From an uncultured delta proteobacterium (GTDB lineage: Bacteria; Desulfobacterota; Syntrophia; Syntrophales; Smithellaceae): DNA of 64,000 bases. Shown here piece after piece: positions 8,929-16,837 of the stretch. Below the pieces are notes generated by a model that saw only the letters and a program-made list of their open reading frames with translations, did not search any database and was not told the DNA's origin. Position 1 is the first letter of the stretch. Each line of letters begins with the position of its first letter. The position numbers were made by a program, and so were the translations under genes. The DNA is taken from positions 608,001 to 672,000 of the forward strand of contig CAVWEH010000002.1 in the NCBI GenBank assembly GCA_963753975.1, given 5' to 3'.

Positions 8929-10389
8929 ATGGCGCGAAAAATTACAATAGATCCCATTACCAGGTTGGAGGGGCATGGAAAAATAGAAATTCTTCTCGAC
9001 GAGAAAGGTGAGGTAACGGATGCCTTCTGGCAGGTTACTGAACTGCGTGGTTTTGAGCGCTTCTGCCTCGGCAGACCCGCGGAAGAGATGCCGAGAATCG
9101 TACCGAATATATGCGGGGTATGCCCTTCCGCGCACCATATGGCTGCCACCAAGGCCCTCGACGACCTCTACAATGTGGAGCCCACGCCTGCCGCACGGCT
9201 GATCAGGGAACTGGAATTTAACGCCTTCTATATTGAGGACCATTATATCCACTTTTTCTTCCTGGCCGCCCCCGACTTCGTCGTCGGTCCGGACGCCGAT
9301 CCAAAAGAGCGGAATATCCTTGGCGTCATCGGCAAAGTGGGGAAGGAAATAGGGCTGAAGGTCATTGAGGTCAGAAAAAGAAACCGGGATATCATACGGC
9401 ACATCTTCACCAAGGCGCCGCACCCGGAAGGCGGGCTCGCCGGTGGCGTACCGCGGGGATTTACCGAGCAGGACCGCAAATGGGTGAAAGATACCGCTGT
9501 ATTTTCTCTCGACTTCGCCAAGTTCGCCATTCAGCTATTCAAGGATGTCGTGCTGGCAAATAAGTCTTATGTGGCTCTGATCCTCAATGATGCCTACAAA
9601 CTGAAGACTTACTACATGGCCCTGGTGGATGAGAACGACCGGGCTACGTTTTACGACGGAGTGGTCAAAGTCATCGATCCGGAAGGCAAGGAATATGTGA
9701 GATTCGCCCCCCGGGACTACGATAAGTATATCGGCGAATGGGTGGAGCCGTGGACCTACATCAGGCTTAACCATTTAAGGCAGCTTGGCTGGCAGGGACT
9801 GAAGGAAGGAAACGGCACATCGCTCTACCGTGTCGCCCCCCTTGCTAGGCTTAACGTAGCCGATGCCATGCAAACCCCGCTGGCACAGAAGGAGGCGGAG
9901 ATCATGTTCGATACCCTGGGAGGAAAACCCGCTCATCAGACACTCGCCACCCACTGGGCGCGCCTCATCTGCGCGTTACAGGCGGCGGAAAACAACGTGA
10001 TCATCGCAGATGAACCTCAACTTACCAGCAAGGACATCCGAAACATGAACCTCAAACTGAGAAACAAAGGCGTAGGCTGCGTGGAAGCTCCCCGTGGAAC
10101 GCTCTTCCATCATTACGAAACCGACGATAAAGGCATCCTCACGAAGGTTAACCTCATCGTAGCCACGCAGAATAATGCCGCTCCCATCTGCCTGTCGGTA
10201 AAAAAGGCCGCCAAGGAATTCGTCCATGGCCCGGACGTGAAAGAGGGTTTCCTGAACATGGTGGAAATGGCCTTCAGGGCTTACGATCCTTGCCTCTCCT
10301 GCGCCACACACTCTCTGCCGGGGACAATGCCTCTGGATGTAAAGATCAGAGATCATGAAGGCAAAGTAATCAGGGAGATCAGCCGCTGA
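8929..10389 (+). CDS. mvhA: [NiFe]-hydrogenase group 3c large subunit
   Basis: DPITRLEGH, ELRGFE, L1 ICGVC, EAPRGTL, L2 DPCLSCATH plus a cleavable tail. Confidence 0.93.
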   Translation: MARKITIDPITRLEGHGKIEILLDEKGEVTDAFWQVTELRGFERFCLGRPAEEMPRIVPNICGVCPSAHHMAATKALDDLYNVEPTPAARLIRELEFNAFYIEDHYIHFFFLAAPDFVVGPDADPKERNILGVIGKVGKEIGLKVIEVRKRNRDIIRHIFTKAPHPEGGLAGGVPRGFTEQDRKWVKDTAVFSLDFAKFAIQLFKDVVLANKSYVALILNDAYKLKTYYMALVDENDRATFYDGVVKVIDPEGKEYVRFAPRDYDKYIGEWVEPWTYIRLNHLRQLGWQGLKEGNGTSLYRVAPLARLNVADAMQTPLAQKEAEIMFDTLGGKPAHQTLATHWARLICALQAAENNVIIADEPQLTSKDIRNMNLKLRNKGVGCVEAPRGTLFHHYETDDKGILTKVNLIVATQNNAAPICLSVKKAAKEFVHGPDVKEGFLNMVEMAFRAYDPCLSCATHSLPGTMPLDVKIRDHEGKVIREISR

Positions 10390-10399
10390 GAACAAATTT

Positions 10400-10915
10400 A
10401 TGAAAATACTTATCCTCGGTATGGGCAACCCCATCCTGTCAGACGACGGTGTGGGGTTATTGGCAGCAGAAAAGCTCCGGCACAGAATCCCCGGGGCGGA
10501 TGTGGCGTCAAGCGCCATGATTGGCCTTTCCCTCTTCGATCTGATTATCGGTTACGATGCGTTCTTTATCATCGATGCCATGACCACGCGGAACGGAAAA
10601 CCGGGAGAACTGAAAAAGATCGGCGAAGATGACCGGCACGGCACGCTGCATCTCTTCTCTTCCCACGGTCTGAATATCTTTGAACTGATGGAGCTCGGTG
10701 TTCGCTGTGGTTATGACATGCCCCGACTTTCGGCAGTTTATGGGATTGAAATAGGCAACGAAGTTGCCTTCGGTGAAACACTTTCGTCCTCGCTAAATGA
10801 GAAACTTCCCGCCATAGTCGAAGAAATCATCGACGACATAAACATTATCCTCTTCTCTTGGAAACAGATCAAAACGCCGAACTGCATCATGCTGCGTCAT
10901 TCCGAGAAGCGGTAG
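10400..10915 (+). CDS. Hydrogenase maturation protease
   Basis: LGMGNPILSDDGVG, IIDA, SSHG. Confidence 0.9.
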   Translation: MKILILGMGNPILSDDGVGLLAAEKLRHRIPGADVASSAMIGLSLFDLIIGYDAFFIIDAMTTRNGKPGELKKIGEDDRHGTLHLFSSHGLNIFELMELGVRCGYDMPRLSAVYGIEIGNEVAFGETLSSSLNEKLPAIVEEIIDDINIILFSWKQIKTPNCIMLRHSEKR

Positions 10916-10923
10916 CGACGAGT

Positions 10924-12903
10924 TTATTTCCCATTGTATGCGGGTAAAGATATAATAAAACTCGTTCCAGCGTCCGGGTTGCGTTCCGCATCGATGGTGC
11001 CGTTGTGTTTTTGGATAATTCCGTACACGATGGAAAGTCCCAGTCCCGTTCCCTGACCTGGTTCCTTCGTCGTGAAGAATGGTTCAAAGATGTGAGAAAG
11101 GTGTTCCTCGTCTATCCCCTTACCCGTGTCTGATATGGAAATTCTGACGGAATTGTTCTTCTTACTCAACCCACTAGAAATCTTCAGCTTTCCGCCGCCT
11201 TTCATGGCATCGGCTGCGTTGATAAAAAGATTCAGGAAAACTTCTTCCAGTCTTGATCTGTCACACTTCACTTCGGGAAGATTTTCCGCAAGCTTGGCTT
11301 CGATTTCTATCCCGTGAAACATGGATTGGTCTCTGACCAGTTTGAGAGAGGTATTGATGACCTGATTTATCTGCAGAGGAAGCATTTCGCCTGTCGGCGC
11401 TCTCGCAAAATCCAGCAGACTATGCACAATTTCTTTACAGCGGTTCGTCTGATAGATGATCTTCTGCATATTTTCCCGTGCGGGGCTATCCTCCGGGATA
11501 TCTTCCAGGACGATGTTGCTGTACAGAAGAATTCCACCCAGTGGATTGTTGATTTCGTGGGCGACACCCGCCGCCATCTCACCGAGGGCAGTCAGTTTTT
11601 CGGTTTTTGCGAGTTGTTGATGCATTTTCTGCAATTGATCATTGTGGTCTTTGAGGGAGCTGGCCATGTCATTGAAGGCTGCATCCAGCATAGCAAAACC
11701 CGATATATTATCAGGCGCTAGTTTGTAGTCCAGGTTGCCGGAGGCGATGGCTTCCGTAGCCTTCTTGAGGATGCGTATTCTCTTGATGATGGTGTTACCC
11801 AAATAAAGAGAAATGATAAACGCTATAATCATTCCCAGAGTTGTTATTCCCAGGTTTATCCAGATCATTTCCTTTTGTATGTCCCGGTATTTGGCTTCGA
11901 GAATCCCTGTGTAAAGCACGCCGATGAGTTTTTTATCGATGTTAAAAATAGGGGTATAAGTGGTAATGTACCAGTCTTTCACAACAAAAGCCCTGCCCAC
12001 CCAGTCTTTCCCTTCCTTGATGACCCGGTCATAAACTTCTTTGGAAAGAATAGTGCCAATGGCCCTTTTGTTATCTTTTGTCATAACGTTGGTGGATATA
12101 CGCACACCCCCCTGAAATATAGTGGCCACGCCCATTTCCTGACCTTTGTATTTTTCGTCGTGATACACGGTCTCTTTAATCTTATCCACTATCTCATTGT
12201 CCTTATTAATCAGAACGCCTCCGACCAAAACGCCCAACAACATGTTACTGTTTCTATCCATTACCGGATATGCAACTTTCATGACCATGCCTTCCGAGAG
12301 TTTATCTTCCCTGATTTCGGCGGACAAAGGCGTTTTCACAATATCCATTTTCGCCCGGTCCGAAAGCGCGGGATTTTCTCTTACAATGTTTTTAATGGAC
12401 ATGAGTTCGGTTGAGGAGAGGGGGATTTTTTTTTCTATGCAGTTTTTGACGAGGGGATCCTTCAGAAGGCTGTCCCCTCTGATTGCCGGATTAGACGCCC
12501 TGTACAATACCTTCCCTCCGGCATCAACAAGCGTGAGCATATCAAGCAAAATATGGTCATTCCCAGGCTGTGCTCCTGTCCCGCTGCGGATGAGTGCTTT
12601 CATATAGGCCATGCCGGAGATATCATGCCTGTTGATAAGCTCATTCAGGTCGGACCCCTCGGCGGTAAACTGAATCAGGGACATAATTTTATCGAGCTTA
12701 TTATTATATATCAGCTTGGCCGTATTGATATCGAGGCGCACCCTGTCCTGCACCTCCGCAATAGTGTTCCTGTTGATTGTCCATATGCTGATAATGGTGG
12801 CAAAGATACCTGTAAGGCACGTGACAATCAGAAATCCAAACGCAAGACGGCTTTGTAAGTCCAACTTAAAAAGCCGCCGTATTTGTTTATTATTGATTTT
12901 CAT
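10924..12903 (-). CDS. Membrane sensor histidine kinase (periplasmic Cache-like, HAMP, HisKA, HATPase)
   Basis: Two TM helices, ATIFQGGVRISTNV Cache signature, AHEINNPL, PFFTTK, GTGLGL. Confidence 0.93.
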   Translation of the reverse strand: MKINNKQIRRLFKLDLQSRLAFGFLIVTCLTGIFATIISIWTINRNTIAEVQDRVRLDINTAKLIYNNKLDKIMSLIQFTAEGSDLNELINRHDISGMAYMKALIRSGTGAQPGNDHILLDMLTLVDAGGKVLYRASNPAIRGDSLLKDPLVKNCIEKKIPLSSTELMSIKNIVRENPALSDRAKMDIVKTPLSAEIREDKLSEGMVMKVAYPVMDRNSNMLLGVLVGGVLINKDNEIVDKIKETVYHDEKYKGQEMGVATIFQGGVRISTNVMTKDNKRAIGTILSKEVYDRVIKEGKDWVGRAFVVKDWYITTYTPIFNIDKKLIGVLYTGILEAKYRDIQKEMIWINLGITTLGMIIAFIISLYLGNTIIKRIRILKKATEAIASGNLDYKLAPDNISGFAMLDAAFNDMASSLKDHNDQLQKMHQQLAKTEKLTALGEMAAGVAHEINNPLGGILLYSNIVLEDIPEDSPARENMQKIIYQTNRCKEIVHSLLDFARAPTGEMLPLQINQVINTSLKLVRDQSMFHGIEIEAKLAENLPEVKCDRSRLEEVFLNLFINAADAMKGGGKLKISSGLSKKNNSVRISISDTGKGIDEEHLSHIFEPFFTTKEPGQGTGLGLSIVYGIIQKHNGTIDAERNPDAGTSFIISLPAYNGK

Positions 12904-12957
12904 TGCGTCTGCCTGCTGTTAGAAATTACCTGTACACTAGCACAGATAAAATAACAT

Positions 12958-13086
12958 TATCAAACGTTCTTTGAAGGAGTCGGCACGCAACCTGATGCCT
13001 CCGAAGGAATTGACTCTTTTCTGAAAAAGCGCGAGCCGCAATGGAAGATGTCGGTCAGCCGCGACTTTCCGGATTTCTTGAGATAA
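12958..13086 (+). pseudogene. 3' remnant of an enoyl-CoA hydratase (crotonase) gene
   Basis: Translates YQTFFEGVGTQPDASEGIDSFLKKREPQWKMSVSRDFPDFLR-stop, matching the crotonase C-terminal DAxEGIxSFLxKRxPxW motif; no upstream gene body. Confidence 0.6.
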
Positions 13087-13176
13087 GACAAAGAAAGGAT
13101 AATACGCATTTTTGTTCTTTATTGGGAAAAACGTAGCCAATAATCCAAGGTTTTTTCACTTCCGGGAATAATTTTA

Positions 13177-13244
13177 TTGACAGTCAAGTTTAATTTATGA
13201 TACTCAAACGGCCAAGAAAGATTCATGTGAAATTAGAATTTCAC
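13177..13244 (+). promoter_or_regulatory. Sigma70-type promoter and downstream palindromic operator for hydrogenase operon 2
   Basis: TTGACA at 13177, -10-like GATACT at 13199; palindrome GTGAAATT-AG-AATTTCAC at 13227-13244. Confidence 0.5.
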
Positions 13245-13308
13245 TTAATTATATCAAATACTTTCTTTATTCCAGGAAACGCTGTATTTTTTTGATGAGG
13301 AGCGGACA

Positions 13309-13668
13309 TTGAAACTGCGTGAAGTAAAAGAAATACTCAAAGCCGATGTAATTGTCGGCAAAGAAAATTTAGATATGGAAGTCAAAACAGCGTTTGGAGC
13401 CGATTTGATGAGTGACGTTCTGGCCTTCGCGAAAGCGGGCAGTCTTTTGCTAACCGGGCTCACCAATACGCAGGTCATCAGAATCGCCAATGTTCTGGAC
13501 ATTGCCGCTATAATTTTAGTTAGAGGGAAAAAGCCGACGGCAGAAACTATGGATCTGGCCAAAAAACTTCAAATTCCCATTTTAACGACAAAATATATTC
13601 TATTTGAAACGGCGGGGCGTCTTTACGCCAAAGGTATCGTTGGTTGCCTGGAAAAAGTTGAAAATTAA
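13309..13668 (+). CDS. DRTGG-domain protein
   Basis: GADLMSDVLA, LLLTGL, VRGK; TTG start with GAGGAG SD. Confidence 0.85.
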   Translation: MKLREVKEILKADVIVGKENLDMEVKTAFGADLMSDVLAFAKAGSLLLTGLTNTQVIRIANVLDIAAIILVRGKKPTAETMDLAKKLQIPILTTKYILFETAGRLYAKGIVGCLEKVEN

Positions 13669-13669
13669 A

Positions 13670-14107
13670 GTGTGCGCAACTGAAAGTGCTTTATATAAGA
13701 ATAGTTTTTATATTGAAGGCGGTAATTTTAGCGATGCGGGGACTGTTTCCACCCGTATAAAATCGATCCTCAAACAAATGGGGTTACCCAACGACATCGT
13801 TAGGAAATCAGCCATTATTTGTTATGAAGCGGAAATTAATATCGTTTCTTATGCGAGAAAAGGAAAAATCAATCTTACAGTCACTCCCAAGACTGTCGAA
13901 ATTGAGGTAGTTGACGAAGGACCGGGAATACCCGATATTGAATTAGCAATGCAGGAAGGATATTCCACGGCGAGCCAGCAAATAAGAGAAATGGGTTTTG
14001 GCGCCGGTATGGGACTACATAACATCAAAAGCTATTCCGATACATTCAACATCTCGTCAGAAGTGGCCAAAGGAACTTTCTTGAAAATGATTATTAACAC
14101 CCAATAA
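13670..14107 (+). CDS. Anti-sigma-factor-like Ser/Thr kinase (HATPase_c)
   Basis: YEAEIN, DEGPGI, GYSTAS...EMGFGAGMGL; GTG start right after the previous stop. Confidence 0.85.
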   Translation: MCATESALYKNSFYIEGGNFSDAGTVSTRIKSILKQMGLPNDIVRKSAIICYEAEINIVSYARKGKINLTVTPKTVEIEVVDEGPGIPDIELAMQEGYSTASQQIREMGFGAGMGLHNIKSYSDTFNISSEVAKGTFLKMIINTQ

Positions 14108-14124
14108 CACCCTCAAGGTTTATC

Positions 14125-14466
14125 ATGGATATTGAAACTATTGTTAAAAAATTTAATTTAAAAGTAAGGTCTGCGTCAGACAGACTTAAGAATAATGTCA
14201 CAGGAGGTTACACGGGAGATCTCTTAAGCGATGTAATGGCAAATTCTCACGAGGGAGATATCTGGATAACAAGACAGGTGCACCAAAATATAGTTGCCAT
14301 AGCCACGTTGAAAGAACATGCTGGTATAATTCTGGTTAATTCCTGCGAACCGGCCAGGGAAACGCTGGAAAAAGCCGCTCAAGAAAACGTGCCCATCATG
14401 GTTTCCAACTTGTCCGCGTTCGAGCTGACGGGCAAAATTTACAACTTGCTGGCAGAAAAAAAATAG
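14125..14466 (+). CDS. DRTGG-domain protein
   Basis: GGYTGDLLSDVMA, IWITRQ.HQNIVAIA. Confidence 0.85.
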   Translation: MDIETIVKKFNLKVRSASDRLKNNVTGGYTGDLLSDVMANSHEGDIWITRQVHQNIVAIATLKEHAGIILVNSCEPARETLEKAAQENVPIMVSNLSAFELTGKIYNLLAEKK

Positions 14467-14537
14467 TCGCAGATGTATCGGCTTTTTATTAGAGCCGTCT
14501 GCCTATGGCCATTTTTGGTTAATTCCGAAAAAAGACG

Positions 14538-15278
14538 ATGCTTAAAGTTTTTTATTGTGATTTCCATATTCACACTTGCCTATCGCCTTGCGCCGATCTG
14601 GATATGCACCCCCAAGCCCTGGTAGAAAAAGCCCTCGCAGCAAAACTCGATATCATCGCTATCTGCGATCACAACTCTTCCGAAAACGTACCTTATGTTA
14701 TCAAGGCGGCGGAAGGAAAAAATCTAAAAATATTGCCGGGAATGGAAATAACGACAAGCGAAGAAGTGCATCTCATCGCCATTTTTAATTCCTTGTCCGA
14801 TCTGGCGGCGCTGCAAGTGCTTGTGTATCAACACTTGGCGGGTACAAACGATGAGCAAAAGTTCGGTGTTCAGGCGATTGTCAACGAGAAGGGCGAAGTG
14901 GAAGGAATAAACGATAAATTATTAATCGGCGCCACCGATCTTCCGTTAAATGAATTATTGAATTATTTACATGAACTGAACGGATTGGCCGTAGCGGCGC
15001 ATATTGACAGGGAAAGCTTCAGCGTTTTGAGCCAACTGGGCTTCATCGATGAAAAGACGCATTTTGACGCATTGGAGATAACAGCGGCAACAGGATTTGC
15101 ACAGGCAAGGGTCAAATATAAAGAATTGAGTAATTATTCTTTTATCGTGTCGTCCGATGCCCACTTTTTGAAAGACATCGGGAAGGCGGCAACGAAAATT
15201 GTCCTTGAGGAGCCGACCTTCGCCGAATTGAAAATGGCCTTCGCCGGACAAAAAGGCCGTCACATTCTGGAGCAATAA
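14538..15278 (+). CDS. PHP-domain phosphoesterase
   Basis: DFHIHTCLSPC, CDHN, GMEITT.EEVH, AHIDR, SDAH. Confidence 0.9.
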   Translation: MLKVFYCDFHIHTCLSPCADLDMHPQALVEKALAAKLDIIAICDHNSSENVPYVIKAAEGKNLKILPGMEITTSEEVHLIAIFNSLSDLAALQVLVYQHLAGTNDEQKFGVQAIVNEKGEVEGINDKLLIGATDLPLNELLNYLHELNGLAVAAHIDRESFSVLSQLGFIDEKTHFDALEITAATGFAQARVKYKELSNYSFIVSSDAHFLKDIGKAATKIVLEEPTFAELKMAFAGQKGRHILEQ

Positions 15279-15826
15279 TGCTGGAGCTTGCCGAGCACAT
15301 TCTCGACATTGCCGAAAACTCCGTTCGCGCCGGTGCCAAGATAGTGGAAATTGTCATCAACGAGGATTCGGCAAAAGATTTGCTCACTATTGAAATCAAC
15401 GATAACGGCAGTGGAATGACAAAAGAAGAAATTAAAAAAGTTGAAGATCCGTTTTATACGACAAAAACCGTGCGGCGGGTGGGATTGGGAATTCCTCTAC
15501 TGGCCAACGCCGTCGCAATGGCCGGCGGCTCTCTCAGCCTGAAATCCGCAAAAGGAAAGGGAACCAAACTTACAGCGACCTTTCAACTCAGTCATTTAGA
15601 CAGGCAACCCCTGGGAAATATTACGACGACAATGCTGACTCTTATTGCCGGAAATTCAGATATTGACTTTATTTACAAACATAGGCATAGTGACCGGCGG
15701 TTCATATTGGACACGCGTCAGATACGTAAAGAAATCGAGGATGTACCCATTAATCATCCTGAAATAATTAAGTATATTCGGGGCGTTATTGACGAAGGAC
15801 TTCGCGAAATAAAACCTACGGCCTGA
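15278..15826 (+). CDS. HATPase_c (histidine-kinase-like) protein of hydrogenase operons
   Basis: ELAEHILDIAENS, DNGSGM, DPFYTTK, GLGIP, HLDRQPLG. Confidence 0.88.
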   Translation: MLELAEHILDIAENSVRAGAKIVEIVINEDSAKDLLTIEINDNGSGMTKEEIKKVEDPFYTTKTVRRVGLGIPLLANAVAMAGGSLSLKSAKGKGTKLTATFQLSHLDRQPLGNITTTMLTLIAGNSDIDFIYKHRHSDRRFILDTRQIRKEIEDVPINHPEIIKYIRGVIDEGLREIKPTA

Positions 15827-15850
15827 CTCACCCGACAATCGAGGAGGAAT

Positions 15851-16349
15851 TTGATGAAAGCGGAAGATAATGAACTTTTAAATGATTTTACACCGGAACA
15901 GGTAGCCGAACTCGACAAAATTATCACGCAAGCACAAAGGCAAACCCGGCGGATTGATTCCGGTGCTGGAAGAAGCGCAAGTGGCTCTGGAATACCTGCC
16001 CATGTCCGTGCAAAAAAAGATTGCCCAAGAATTGAATTTGCCTTTGAGCCGTGTTTACGGCGTTGTCACCTTTTATTCATTCTTCACCATGACACCGCGC
16101 GGTAAGCACACTGTCCGTGTTTGCCTGGGCACAGCTTGTTATGTCCGCGGCGGTAAAGCCATTAAGGAAACTCTCGAGAAAGAATTCGGCATTAAAGAGG
16201 GCGAAACCACTCCGGATAGAATGTTCACACTGGAAACAATCCGCTGTTTGGGCGCCTGCGGCCTGGGGCCTGTGGTTGTTGTGGATGAAGATGTGCATGG
16301 CCGGATGAAGCCATCCAAAATCAAGGAAATGATGGTTCAATATAGATAG
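15851..16349 (+). CDS. NuoE/HydC-like [2Fe-2S] subunit (apparent +1 frameshift near 15927)
   Basis: Joining frames gives ...DKII-x-KHKGKPGGLIPVLEEAQ...; CLGTAC and CLGAC motifs. Confidence 0.88.
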
Positions 16350-16388
16350 CGCATTTTTTGCAAGCAAAAAAAATAGGAGGAAACGCCG

Positions 16389-16772
16389 ATGGCGAAATTA
16401 ACTATAGATGATTTAAAAAAAATAAAAGAAAAAGTGCATAAGGAAATGTCTCTGCGGGACGGCGATCGCCGCGTCAAAGTTACAGTTCATATGGGAACCT
16501 GCGGTATCGCTTCCGGCGCCAAAGAGGTCATGGATACACTATTGCAGGAAATTGAGGCCGCCGGCGCGAATGACGTTGTCGTAACCACTTCGGGCTGTAT
16601 GGGATTATGCAGCCGCGAACCTCTGGTTACCGTGGAAGTATTAAACCAGGAACCGATAAAGTACGAATATATGAACCCCAACAAAATGAGGCAGGTGTTT
16701 AAAAGGCACATTTTGGCGGGAGAAATTCAGACGCCCTTTGTTCTGGCAAAAGGCGCTGAAGTAATCAAATGA
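16389..16772 (+). CDS. Thioredoxin-like [2Fe-2S] ferredoxin (HndB/HydD-like)
   Basis: MGTCGIASGA, SGCMGLCSREP. Confidence 0.88.
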   Translation: MAKLTIDDLKKIKEKVHKEMSLRDGDRRVKVTVHMGTCGIASGAKEVMDTLLQEIEAAGANDVVVTTSGCMGLCSREPLVTVEVLNQEPIKYEYMNPNKMRQVFKRHILAGEIQTPFVLAKGAEVIK

Positions 16773-16837
16773 TTTTTTCGCCTATCATGCTTTAGATGCT
16801 GAATGCATGATAATTTCTCAAGGAGGATGTAGGCTAA

